From positions 4,660 to 68,659 of the forward strand of contig JBOFMA010000139.1 of assembly GCA_051658125.1 (NCBI GenBank): DNA of 64,000 nt. Direction: 5' to 3'. The notes beneath the pieces are model-generated. The model saw only the letters and a list, made by a program, of their open reading frames with translations. It was not told the origin of the DNA and made no database searches. The translations under genes were made by a program, and so were the position numbers. Positions 31,387-40,405 of the stretch are shown one piece after another. Numbering within the stretch: the stretch's first letter is position 1; every line of letters starts with the position of its first letter. This DNA comes from Aeromonas sp. (GTDB taxonomy: Bacteria; Pseudomonadota; Gammaproteobacteria; Enterobacterales; Aeromonadaceae).

Positions 31387-33456
31387 ATGCGATTGGATAA
31401 GATCCCCCTCTATAGCCTTAAAGGTGTGGGCAGCAAGATGCAGGAAAAACTAGCGCATCTTGGCCTGACCACAGTGCAAGATATGTTGTTTCATCTGCCG
31501 CTGCGCTATGAAGATCGCACGCGGCAATGGCCACTGGCGCAAGTCAGTCCCGGCCAGCACTGCGCCATTGAGGGCGAGATCCAAGATACCCAGTTGCAAT
31601 TGGGGCGACGCAAAATGCTGCTATGCCGCGTCAATGACGGCAGCGGCGCCATCACCTTGCGCTTTTTTAACTTCACCGCAGCGCAAAAAAATAGCCTCGC
31701 CCCAGGCCGACGCATTCGCTGTTTTGGTGAGGTGCGCCCAGGCTATAGCGGCCTAGAAATGGCCCATCCCGAGTACCAATTGTTAGCCGACGGCGCGCCG
31801 GCCACGGATGCCGCCAGCTTAACACCGGTGTATCCCACTACCGAAGGGCTGCGTCAGTTAACCTTGCGCAGTTTGACCGAGCAGGCACTGGCGGCGCTGG
31901 ATCTTGATGGCATTGACGAGTTGTTGCCGGCGGGGCTCTATCCACAGCAAATTGAGCTGGCCCACGCCTTAAAACTACTGCACCGGCCGCCGCCGGAGAT
32001 AAGCCCCGACACGCTGGCCCAAGGCCAGCACCCCGCGCAGCAGCGTTTGGTGCTCGAAGAGTTGCTCGCGCACAACTTATCGGTGCTAAAAGTGCGGGCG
32101 CAAAGCAATGCCCAGCCGGCCCCGCCGTTACCCGCGCAGCACAGTTTGGGCCAGCAACTGCTGGCGCAACTGCCGTTTCGCCCCACCGGCGCGCAAAGCC
32201 GCGTAGTGGCGGAAATTGCCGCAGATTTGGCTAAGCCGCAGCCGATGATGCGCCTCGTGCAGGGCGATGTCGGCTCGGGCAAAACCTTGGTCGCCGCGTT
32301 AGCGGCGTTGCAAGCGATTGGTAACGGCTATCAAGTGGGCTTGATGGCGCCGACCGAATTGCTGGCCGAGCAGCACGCGAATAATTTTGCCCAGTGGCTG
32401 GCGCCGCTGGGCATTGAGGTCGGCTGGCTGGCGGGCAAGCAAAAAGGCAAGGCGCGGGAAGAGGCGCTGGCCGGCATTGCCAGCGGCGCGCTAAAAATGG
32501 TGGTGGGCACCCATGCGATTTTCCAAGCGCAGGTGGTGTTTGCCCATTTGGCCTTGGTTATCATTGATGAGCAGCACCGCTTTGGTGTGCACCAGCGCTT
32601 GGCCCTGCGCGAAAAAGGTGAGCAAGCTGGTTGCCATCCGCATCAACTGATCATGACCGCCACGCCCATCCCGCGCACCTTGGCGATGACCGCTTACGCT
32701 GACTTAGATACCTCAATCATTGATGAGCTGCCGCCGGGGCGCACGCCGATCACCACAGTGGCGCTGCCAGATTCACGGCGCAGTGATGTTATCGAGCGGG
32801 TGAAATTGGCCTGCCAAGCGGGCAAGCAGGCCTATTGGGTCTGTACCTTGATTGATGAATCCGAGGTGCTTGAATGCCAAGCCGCGGAAGTGACCGCCAG
32901 CGACTTGCAAAGTTTGCTGCCCGGCGTGGCCATTGGCTTGGTGCATGGCCGTATGCGGCCGCTAGAAAAGCAGCGCGTGATGGCGGAATTTAAAGCCGGC
33001 GCGGTGCAACTGCTGGTGGCTACCACCGTGATTGAGGTTGGGGTGGATGTGCCCAATGCCAGCTTGATGATTATTGAAAACCCAGAGCGGCTTGGCTTGG
33101 CGCAGTTGCACCAGTTGCGCGGGCGGGTGGGACGCGGCGCGCAGGCCTCGCACTGCGTGTTGTTGTATCACGCGCCGCTGTCGAAAACCGCGCAAAGCCG
33201 CTTAAGCGTGCTGCGCGAAAGCAGCGATGGCTTTGTGATAGCGCAGCGTGATTTAGAACTGCGCGGCCCAGGCGAGTTGCTCGGCACGCGGCAAACCGGC
33301 TTAGCTGAGTTAAAAATTGCCGATCTGGTGCGCGATCAAGCGCTGATCCCCCACGTGCAAAAAATGGCGCGCTTTATTATGGATAAGCATCCCGCCTGCG
33401 CTGCGCCCTTGATGCGCCGCTGGCTCGGCGAGCGCGAGCACTATTCCAATGCTTAA
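31387..33456 (+). CDS. recG: ATP-dependent DNA helicase RecG
   Basis: LPLRYEDRT, QGDVGSGKT, DEQHRFGV, MTATPIPRTL and QLHQLRGRVGRG motifs. Confidence 0.99.
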   Translation: MRLDKIPLYSLKGVGSKMQEKLAHLGLTTVQDMLFHLPLRYEDRTRQWPLAQVSPGQHCAIEGEIQDTQLQLGRRKMLLCRVNDGSGAITLRFFNFTAAQKNSLAPGRRIRCFGEVRPGYSGLEMAHPEYQLLADGAPATDAASLTPVYPTTEGLRQLTLRSLTEQALAALDLDGIDELLPAGLYPQQIELAHALKLLHRPPPEISPDTLAQGQHPAQQRLVLEELLAHNLSVLKVRAQSNAQPAPPLPAQHSLGQQLLAQLPFRPTGAQSRVVAEIAADLAKPQPMMRLVQGDVGSGKTLVAALAALQAIGNGYQVGLMAPTELLAEQHANNFAQWLAPLGIEVGWLAGKQKGKAREEALAGIASGALKMVVGTHAIFQAQVVFAHLALVIIDEQHRFGVHQRLALREKGEQAGCHPHQLIMTATPIPRTLAMTAYADLDTSIIDELPPGRTPITTVALPDSRRSDVIERVKLACQAGKQAYWVCTLIDESEVLECQAAEVTASDLQSLLPGVAIGLVHGRMRPLEKQRVMAEFKAGAVQLLVATTVIEVGVDVPNASLMIIENPERLGLAQLHQLRGRVGRGAQASHCVLLYHAPLSKTAQSRLSVLRESSDGFVIAQRDLELRGPGELLGTRQTGLAELKIADLVRDQALIPHVQKMARFIMDKHPACAAPLMRRWLGEREHYSNA

Positions 33457-33468
33457 AGCGGCTGTGCC

Positions 33469-33906
33469 TTACACCTTAAGCCAAAAGGTGTTGGGGCCGT
33501 CGTTTACTAGGCTGACCTGCATATCGGCGCCAAAGCGGCCGGTTTCGGTGGGGATGCCTTGCGCGCGGGCGCGAGCGACAAACTCGTCATAGCACACTTG
33601 CGCCAGCGCCGGTACGGCCGCACTAGAAAAGCTCGGGCGCAAGCCGCGCGATGTGTCGGCTGCGAGGGTAAATTGCGACACCACCAACAGGCTGCCACCG
33701 ACTTGCTGCACGTTGAGATTCAATTTGCCGTCGTCATCGTTAAACACGCGGTAATGGCTCACCTTATGCAGCAACTTGTCCACTTCCGCCGGGCCATCAT
33801 TTGGCTCCACGCCCAGCAGCACCAGCAGGCCGGTGCCAATCACGCCAACGGTCTTTGTGTCGCACTCTACGCGGGCCGAGGTCACGCGTTGGATAAGCGC
33901 AATCAT
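33469..33906 (-). CDS. dtd: D-aminoacyl-tRNA deacylase
   Basis: [13 protein letters not shown] and LVNDGP motifs. Confidence 0.96.
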   Translation of the reverse strand: MIALIQRVTSARVECDTKTVGVIGTGLLVLLGVEPNDGPAEVDKLLHKVSHYRVFNDDDGKLNLNVQQVGGSLLVVSQFTLAADTSRGLRPSFSSAAVPALAQVCYDEFVARARAQGIPTETGRFGADMQVSLVNDGPNTFWLKV

Positions 33907-33991
33907 ATTCACTCCTTGATTTTGTGGTTAAGGCAAAGAAAAAGCCGCCTGCTGGCGGCTTGGCTCTATTTTAGTTTTACCCCCGCCCGCG

Positions 33992-34900
33992 TTAAGCGTG
34001 GTTTGTGGCGGGCGGCTCGGTTTCGCTTGCCGGCGGCAGGCGCGGCTTTTCATATTCGCCTAAGCACGCGGTGGTTTCTGCGCCAAACAGTACCACCAAC
34101 CAGCTTAAATACACCCACACAAACAAGATCGGGATAGTGGCCAGCGCGCCATAAATCGCCTGATAGGTGGGGAAATAGCTGATGTAAAGCGCAAAACCGC
34201 GTTTGGCCAGTTCAAACAGCACCGCCGCGACAATCGCGCCGATAAGCGCGTGCTTGAGTTTGACCTTGCGCGTCGGCACCACGGTGTAAACCAGCAAGAA
34301 CGTTAATACGGAAAACAGCAGCGGTAAGGCGCGCAAAAGCAAAAAGCCCGCACCAAACAGGCTGTTATCTGCCAGTAAGCGCAGAGAAAAAATATACGAC
34401 GATAAGGCGATACTGGCGCCAATCAGCACCGGGCCTAAGGTCAAAATCATCCAGTACATGGAAAACGCCTGCGTCAGCGGCCGCGATTTAGTCGAGCGCC
34501 AGATGTAGTTGAGATTTTTATCTATGGCCGAAATCAGCATCAGCGCTACCACGACTAAGGCGCCAATACCCACCGCGGTGGTGTTGGTGGCATTGGCGAC
34601 AAAGCCATCTATGTACTCTTTGAGCGTGTCACCGGCGGTGGGCACAACGTTTTGATACACAAACTGCTCTAGCTCGTGTTTTAGGCCTTTGAACACCGGA
34701 AAGGCCGACATCATGCCAAACACTACCGCGATCATCGGCACCAAGGAGAGCAAGGTGACGTAGGCCAAATAGCCGGCGGTGACGGTCAGGCGATCTTGCG
34801 CCACGCGGGCGCTAATAAACTCAATAAAATGCCGGCCATCACGACGGGCAAAGGTCATGGAGCGGCGCGCGAGGCCGCGGGTATGCTGCGACATGGACAT
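33992..34900 (-). CDS. yihY: YihY/BrkB family inner-membrane protein
   Basis: [23 protein letters not shown] and [22 protein letters not shown] motifs; upstream of dtd. Confidence 0.93.
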   Translation of the reverse strand: MSMSQHTRGLARRSMTFARRDGRHFIEFISARVAQDRLTVTAGYLAYVTLLSLVPMIAVVFGMMSAFPVFKGLKHELEQFVYQNVVPTAGDTLKEYIDGFVANATNTTAVGIGALVVVALMLISAIDKNLNYIWRSTKSRPLTQAFSMYWMILTLGPVLIGASIALSSYIFSLRLLADNSLFGAGFLLLRALPLLFSVLTFLLVYTVVPTRKVKLKHALIGAIVAAVLFELAKRGFALYISYFPTYQAIYGALATIPILFVWVYLSWLVVLFGAETTACLGEYEKPRLPPASETEPPATNHA

Positions 34901-34952
34901 AGCACTCTCTTAAATTAACGGCAGGTGATGGGATTAGCGTAACGCAGAAACG

Positions 34953-34982
34953 AAAAAGCCCGAGTGATGAAATCACTCGGGC
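34953..34982 (-). terminator. Terminator of the first tRNA-Ser
   Basis: GCCCGAGTGAT-GAA-ATCACTCGGGC hairpin with a U tract on the minus strand. Confidence 0.85.
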
Positions 34983-34991
34983 CAGAATAAA

Positions 34992-35079
34992 TGGCGGAGG
35001 AGGTGGGATTTGAACCCACGGATGGTCGCCCATCGCCGGTTTTCAAGACCGGTGCATTCAGCCGCTCTGCCACCCCTCC
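34992..35079 (-). tRNA. tRNA-Ser (TGA)
   Basis: Reverse complement GGAGGGG..GCCA, anticodon arm CCGGT-CTTGAAA-ACCGG, long variable arm; 88 nt. Confidence 0.97.
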
Positions 35080-35391
35080 GCAGCAGTGGGCGCATGTTAT
35101 AAAGCCTGAAGTGGCTTGTAAAGCCTATTTTGCTGTAAATTAGCTGTTTGCGATGTGAGTGCTGTTTTTTTGCGCGCCAACGCGTGTTTTTTGTGCAATC
35201 GACGGTCATTTACCTGTAAATTCAGTGCGCTGTATTGCCAGTAATAGCGAGGGTTAAATCGATCAAAGCGCTGATTTATCGTGCTACGCATAAAAAATGC
35301 GAGTTATTGGCATATATAGTCACAGTCAACAGGGCAAAAGCGCTAAACTTGCCCACTATTTTTGTAATACAGTTCACGGTTCATCATCATC

Positions 35392-36417
35392 ATGTCTGAC
35401 TCTTCCCCATTGCGCTTTCCCAAAGGTTGGTTTGCGTTAGCTTCTGTCTATAGCTTTACCGCATTAGCCATTTTGGCTTCAATGATATTTTCGCTGCTGC
35501 TGTTTTTGTCCATCGACAATGATCCGCTAATGCGTTTGCTGTTTGGCGGTTTGGCCATTTTGTTTGAATTTGGCAAATTTTACGTCTGGTACGAGTATGG
35601 CGAGCGCAAAGCGCATGGCAACTTAAGCGGTGCCTTATGGTCGTTGGCCTTCTATATCATTTTGGCGACGATCTCTATCGGCGGCAGTATTGGTGGCATT
35701 AATAGCGCGACTAACAGCGTGCTTAACGCACAGGCGCAATATGAGCGTAAAATCGCGCGTTTTGATCAGCAAATTTTGAGTATTGAGCGGCAAATTAAGC
35801 TCAATGAAGAGGCGGCGCGCAAATATATTGAATTAGAGCGTATTGCCCGTGGCGTGTCGGCAATTCAAGAAGCCAACGCCAAACTGCAGCAGCAACAAGA
35901 TGAGTTGCGCCTGCAGCGCGATGCCACGCCACTCAGCGAGCAATCCTCAGTGCTGGGTTTAATGAGCAGTTTGGCCGATGGCCTAGCGCTGAGCATTGCG
36001 CAGGTGCAATTTATGTTAGTGTGCTTCTTATCTGTGCTACTTGATGCTTTTGGCGCCTTTTTTGTCAGTTTGATCGGTGAAGAGCATCGCTTTCGCCAGC
36101 AATGGCGGCAGCAGCAAGCCGCGTTGGCGGCGGCGGCGCGGCAAGCCGCGCCAGAGGAAGAGCCTTTGCCCTTGCTGGCGATGTCACAAGTTGATCTGCA
36201 GTTAGCGCACAAGGTGCAAACAGCATTAGAGGCGGGCGAGGTTGCCTGTAGCAAACGTAAAGTGGCGCAATATTTTGGCTTAACGCTCGAAGAGGTGGAT
36301 AGCGTGTTTAAATATTTGCTGACGCAAGGTGTGCTGGAGCAGGGCAATAATCGCCACTATTACCTGCAAGCAGAGGTTATGCCGACAAGCGATCTTGGCG
36401 GCGCGCTGGCCTCTTAG
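35392..36417 (+). CDS. Uncharacterised membrane protein: N-terminal TM helices, coiled coil, further TM, C-terminal winged-HTH-like domain
   Basis: Hydrophobic segments at about aa 12-102 and 190-228, heptad-rich region at about aa 105-180, C-terminal SKRKVAQYFGLTLEEVDSVFKYLLTQGVLEQGNNRHYYL. Confidence 0.8.
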   Translation: MSDSSPLRFPKGWFALASVYSFTALAILASMIFSLLLFLSIDNDPLMRLLFGGLAILFEFGKFYVWYEYGERKAHGNLSGALWSLAFYIILATISIGGSIGGINSATNSVLNAQAQYERKIARFDQQILSIERQIKLNEEAARKYIELERIARGVSAIQEANAKLQQQQDELRLQRDATPLSEQSSVLGLMSSLADGLALSIAQVQFMLVCFLSVLLDAFGAFFVSLIGEEHRFRQQWRQQQAALAAAARQAAPEEEPLPLLAMSQVDLQLAHKVQTALEAGEVACSKRKVAQYFGLTLEEVDSVFKYLLTQGVLEQGNNRHYYLQAEVMPTSDLGGALAS

Positions 36418-36482
36418 CGTTCGTATCTGGTAACCCTGCGGCCCATAGCGGCCGCAGGGTTTTATCTGCGGGGCAGAAAAGC

Positions 36483-36511
36483 AAAAAACCCAAACGATAA
36501 ATCGCTTGGGT
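36483..36511 (-). terminator. Terminator of the second tRNA-Ser
   Basis: Minus-strand ACCCAAGCGAT-TT-ATCGTTTGGGT (one G.U pair) followed by a U tract. Confidence 0.8.
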
Positions 36512-36520
36512 CAGAATAAA

Positions 36521-36608
36521 TGGCGGAGGAGGTGGGATTTGAACCCACGGATGGTCGCCCATCGCCGGTTTTCAAGACCGGTGCATTCAGCCGCTCTGCC
36601 ACCCCTCC
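36521..36608 (-). tRNA. tRNA-Ser (TGA)
   Basis: Identical to 34992-35079. Confidence 0.97.
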
Positions 36609-36622
36609 GCAGCAGTGACGGC

Positions 36623-36651
36623 ATAATAGCGAGCCGCTTTTGGCCTGTAAA
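36623..36651 (-). promoter_or_regulatory. Sigma70 promoter for the second tRNA-Ser
   Basis: Minus strand TTTACA-17 bp-TATTAT. Confidence 0.7.
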
Positions 36652-36759
36652 GGACAAAATTGCAAAAACAAGTGCGTTCGCGCAAACTTTAAACAAAGCG
36701 CCTAAAAATAACACTTTTTTTAGCGTAAACCTTGACTTAATAAGCGGCTAAATCACTAT

Positions 36760-37548
36760 ATGCGCCAATTTTCTAGCCAGAGCTGCTCAAACATGACCGC
36801 AAAATTTGCTTTAAAAACCACCTTAGGTGCTGCGCTGATGGCGGCTTGCGCTTTTTCTGCCCCTGCTGCCGCCGAAATGAGCAAGCAGGAAGTTGAGCAA
36901 ATTGTGCGTGACTACCTGATCGCCAATCCGGAAATTTTGATGGAAATGTCCGGCGCGCTGCAGCGCCGCGAAGCTGAGCTTCAAGTGCAAACCGATAAAA
37001 TGATGCTGACCGCTCAGGCTAAAGCCTTGACCCAAGGCGGCGATCCTGAAGTTGGCAACCCGAAGGGCAGCTTAACCATCGTGGAATTTTTCGATTACAA
37101 CTGCGGCTATTGCAAGCGTACCCACCCGCTGATCGAGCAGTTACTTAGCGAAGATAAAGACATTCGCTACATTCATAAGCACTTTCCGATCTTAAGTGAG
37201 TCCTCGGAGCTGGCTTCGCGCGCCGCTTTGGCCGCGCAATTGCTCGAGCCGAGCAAATACAGCGCGTTTCACGACAAGCTCTATCGTCAGCCAGGCAGTT
37301 TAACGGCCGCTACTATTGAGCAATTGGCTAAAGCCTCTGGCTTAGATTGGGCCAAACTGAACGCCAAGATGAACGACAGTACCGTGGATCAACTGATCAG
37401 CACCAACCGCGGCTTAGCCGGCAGCTTATCAATTTCTGGCACGCCTGCGTTTGTGATTGGTGACCAGATCTTGCGCGGTGCACCAGCGAATTTAACCTAC
37501 CTTAAAACCTACATTAAGCGCGTGCGCGACGGCAAACCGCTGCAATAA
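36760..37548 (+). CDS. DsbA-family thioredoxin-fold protein (ScsC/Com1-like)
   Basis: Signal peptide, EQIVRDYLIANPEIL N-terminal helix, FFDYNCGYCK (CxxC), HFPIL and cis-Pro GTPAF. Probable start ATG 36793. Confidence 0.9.
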   Translation: MRQFSSQSCSNMTAKFALKTTLGAALMAACAFSAPAAAEMSKQEVEQIVRDYLIANPEILMEMSGALQRREAELQVQTDKMMLTAQAKALTQGGDPEVGNPKGSLTIVEFFDYNCGYCKRTHPLIEQLLSEDKDIRYIHKHFPILSESSELASRAALAAQLLEPSKYSAFHDKLYRQPGSLTAATIEQLAKASGLDWAKLNAKMNDSTVDQLISTNRGLAGSLSISGTPAFVIGDQILRGAPANLTYLKTYIKRVRDGKPLQ

Positions 37549-37638
37549 CGTGCGCTGGCCAAGGCGCGTGCGCCTTGGCCTATCCATCGTTTAGCGCCTG
37601 CGCTAAAATTCCCGCCCCTTTTTTGCGGTCTTGTTGTT

Positions 37639-38748
37639 ATGCAATTGCTTCGCTCGCGTCTTGAGCTACTCAAAAACCTCATCATTTTAGAAGAGCAAGC
37701 GCTGTTGGCGCTGCAAATGACCCATCTGGCGCCGTATGCTGAGCAATACCCCGCGATCGCGGCGTTAATCGAGGCGATTCATGCCGGCCGCTATGGCCAA
37801 GCGCAGCAGATCACCTTGGATTTTTTGCAGGCACAAACGGGGCTGGTGCGCGCCGATGAAGCGCAAGCGGCGGCATTGGCGTTTGAGGCCAAGCAATTGG
37901 AAAATCAGCTGCAGATCTTGATTGAGCAGCAGGCCGAGCAGCAAGCACGCTTGGATGAATTTAACTTTTTGCATCATCGCGCGTTAAGCCCGCTGCTAGC
38001 CGAGGTGCTGGCGGCGCGGCGGCAGCTGGCTACGGACCGCTTTAGCCTGTTAGGTATGCCACTGCGTGTGCAACATGCGCAATTGGCCCAGCAAATCCGC
38101 GCGTTGCAAGCCCAGCAGGCAGAAATTAATGCTACCTTGGCCAGTTTGGCTAGTAGCCCGCAGTATGCTGAGCGCGCGCAAGCGCAAGAGGATTTTGCCG
38201 CCTTTACGGCCGATAAAGCCAAGGAGCAGGCGCGTTTTGCCAGCCTAGATAGCCTAAGTGACAGCGAATTGCTGGAATTAAAGCGCTTGTATCGCCGCGC
38301 CTGTAAATTGACCCATCCTGATCTGGTCGATGATGCGCTGCGCGCCGAAGCGCACCAAAAAATGGTGGCGGTAAATAGCGCCAAAGAAGCCGGCGATTTG
38401 GCGTTGCTGCGCCAACTGCTGGCTGAATTAGAAAGCGGCCTTTGGCGTCAGCCTGCAGTGCTATTTAGTAGCGCAGATAAATTGCGCCAGCGCATCACGG
38501 CCTTAGAGGCGCAAATTGCCACGCAAACGCAGCACTTGGCCGCGCAGCAAGCCGATGACACCTTGATGGCGATTTTGCATGCTGACGATTTGGCTACCTA
38601 TTTTGCCTCCCAGCGCCAGGGGTTGAGCGAACTGCTCGGCCAATTGCAGCAAGAGCAGCAGACTTTGGCGGGGCAGTTGGCGCACTATCAAGCGCAATTA
38701 GCGGCGTTGCAGGGCAGTTCGGCGTGTGAGGAGGCCGCGTATGAGTGA
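37639..38748 (+). CDS. Coiled-coil protein with an internal J-domain (HPD motif)
   Basis: ELKRLYRRACKLTHPDL..AHQKMVAVNSAK; HPD at aa 226-228 (38314-38322), flanked by long Q/L/A-rich heptads. Confidence 0.85.
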   Translation: MQLLRSRLELLKNLIILEEQALLALQMTHLAPYAEQYPAIAALIEAIHAGRYGQAQQITLDFLQAQTGLVRADEAQAAALAFEAKQLENQLQILIEQQAEQQARLDEFNFLHHRALSPLLAEVLAARRQLATDRFSLLGMPLRVQHAQLAQQIRALQAQQAEINATLASLASSPQYAERAQAQEDFAAFTADKAKEQARFASLDSLSDSELLELKRLYRRACKLTHPDLVDDALRAEAHQKMVAVNSAKEAGDLALLRQLLAELESGLWRQPAVLFSSADKLRQRITALEAQIATQTQHLAAQQADDTLMAILHADDLATYFASQRQGLSELLGQLQQEQQTLAGQLAHYQAQLAALQGSSACEEAAYE

Positions 38749-39523
38749 AGGGGCGAAAACCGCGTTGCGCGTGCAAGCCGCCGAACGCGCGCTGCAAGTT
38801 TTGCCGCAGGCACATCTAGCCAGTGCGCTGCGCGCCAAGCAGTGGGTGCAGTTAACCGACAAATTACTGGCTGAGCGCCGCGGCACCACTACGCCGGCTG
38901 CCCTCTTAGCCACCAAACCGGCTGCGCGCGATTTGCCGCAAACCAGCAGCGATGCGCTGGCTAGCTTGTGCCAGTGGGCCGATGAGTGCCAGATCCCGGC
39001 GCACGTGTTGCCGCGAGATCATGCGGCGCTTGCCGCGCTCACCGTGCTGGATTTTGGTGGTTTAACCGATAGCGAACGGGCGGCGATTACCTATTTGCCG
39101 CCGGCGATTGGCGAGCTGCGCCAGTTGATCAGCTTAAATTTGTGGTCATGCATTCAGCTGCGCGCCTTGCCCGATACCTTGGGTCAGCTCAGCGCGCTGA
39201 GCAAACTCGATTTATCGTTTTGCATCCACTTGTCGGTGTTGCCGCCGAGCTTGGGCCAATTGCAGGGCTTACAAAGTTTGCAGCTGCGCAGCTGCAATAA
39301 CTTAACCGCTTTGCCAGAAAGCATTGGCCAGTTGCAGCGGCTAAAAAGCTTAAACTTGGGCTCGTGCTGGAGCCTGCGCGCCCTGCCGGCCAGCTTTGAG
39401 CAACTGCTTGGGCTGGAGAGTTTAAACCTCACCGCCTGCTGGAGCTTAAAAGTGCTGCCGCAGCGCTTTAAGCAGCTAACGCAACTGAAAATCAAAGCCG
39501 ACCACGCGTTTACTTACCGCTAA
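38741..39523 (+). CDS. Leucine-rich repeat protein
   Basis: ATG 38741 after GAGGAGG, overlapping the upstream stop by 8 nt; six 24-aa repeats LxxLPxxxGxLxxLxxLxLxxCxx. Confidence 0.9.
   Translation: MSEGAKTALRVQAAERALQVLPQAHLASALRAKQWVQLTDKLLAERRGTTTPAALLATKPAARDLPQTSSDALASLCQWADECQIPAHVLPRDHAALAALTVLDFGGLTDSERAAITYLPPAIGELRQLISLNLWSCIQLRALPDTLGQLSALSKLDLSFCIHLSVLPPSLGQLQGLQSLQLRSCNNLTALPESIGQLQRLKSLNLGSCWSLRALPASFEQLLGLESLNLTACWSLKVLPQRFKQLTQLKIKADHAFTYR
39086..39517 (+). repeat. Degenerate 72-bp tandem repeats encoding the LRR units
   Basis: Units start at 39086, 39158, 39230, 39302, 39374 and 39446; the last is partial. Confidence 0.85.
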
Positions 39524-39587
39524 GGGCAAGAGCCCGCTACGCGCTGAGCCTTTATTTGGCTAGCGCGCGGCGGGTGGGCCGCTTTTT

Positions 39588-40151
39588 TCAGGCAGGTTGC
39601 GCTGCTAGTAGCGCGCGAAAGTGCGCCCAATCAAACGCCGTGCCCGGGTCAGTTTTGCGCCCCGGCGCTATGTCACTGTGGCCGACAATCTGCGCATCAC
39701 CTAACGCCGGATAGGCGGCTTGCAACGCGCACGTGAGCTCGGCCAGGCGCTGATATTGCGCCGCCGCATAGGGCACATCGTCACAGCCCTCTAATTCAAT
39801 ACCAATCGAATAGTCATTACAGGCCGCGCGGCCTTGCCAGCAGGATTGTCCGGCATGCCAAGCGCGCGCGCTAAATGGCACATATTGCACCAACTCGCCA
39901 TCGCGCCGGATCAGGCAGTGCGCCGAGACTTGCAGGTGCGCAATTTCGGCAAAGTAGGGGTGCGCTGCGGCGTCGAGCTGGCCCTGAAACAGTTGATCTA
40001 TCCACGGCCCACCAAATTGGCGCGGCGGCAAGCTAATGCCGTGCACCACGAGCAGGGAAATATCGTTGGGCTCGGCGCGAGCATTGCAGTGCGGCGAGGG
40101 CACATGGCGTGCTTGTGGGCACCAGCCATCAGCAGTCAACGTCAAGGTCAC
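39588..40151 (-). CDS. ampD: 1,6-anhydro-N-acetylmuramyl-L-alanine amidase
   Basis: SPHCNAR, VVHGISLPP, VSAHCLIRRDG, AWHAG, SIGIELEG and GHSDIAPGRKTDPG motifs. Confidence 0.97.
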   Translation of the reverse strand: MTLTLTADGWCPQARHVPSPHCNARAEPNDISLLVVHGISLPPRQFGGPWIDQLFQGQLDAAAHPYFAEIAHLQVSAHCLIRRDGELVQYVPFSARAWHAGQSCWQGRAACNDYSIGIELEGCDDVPYAAAQYQRLAELTCALQAAYPALGDAQIVGHSDIAPGRKTDPGTAFDWAHFRALLAAQPA

Positions 40152-40249
40152 GTCATTTTCTCCTTAAATTGGCTCACGCCGTGCGTGATTTTGCGATCGG
40201 GGCGGCTAGACAGCGCGGCTGGGCTTTGCTAGCGTCAAATTCTGTAAAA

Positions 40250-40270
40250 ATCAATTAACAAAGCATTAAC
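40250..40270 (-). promoter_or_regulatory. Putative ArcA site upstream of aceE
   Basis: Minus strand GTTAatgctttGTTAattgat = GTTA-N7-GTTA direct repeat. Confidence 0.45.
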
Positions 40271-40405
40271 GTCTGCCAAAGGGTTTGGCTACCGCCGAAT
40301 GCATGGCTTAGATGACAACCGCGGTACGCTATTTGGCAAGTCACGGTCTGCGCATCGTTTGCTGCTCATTTTTTATGTTTTTTGCTCGTAACCTAGGATG
40401 GTGTT

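Larger units (their letters stand above)
34983..36617. repeat. 106-bp exact direct repeats (34983-35088 and 36512-36617), each containing tRNA-Ser
   Basis: CAGAATAAA + 88-nt tRNA + GCAGCAGTG is identical in both copies. Confidence 0.9.

Noticed and set aside
34839-36751. Small ORFs repeated twice (MGDHPWVQIPPP..., ..RRGGRAAECTGLENRR..)
   Set aside because: They are translations across the duplicated tRNA-Ser genes and are not proteins.
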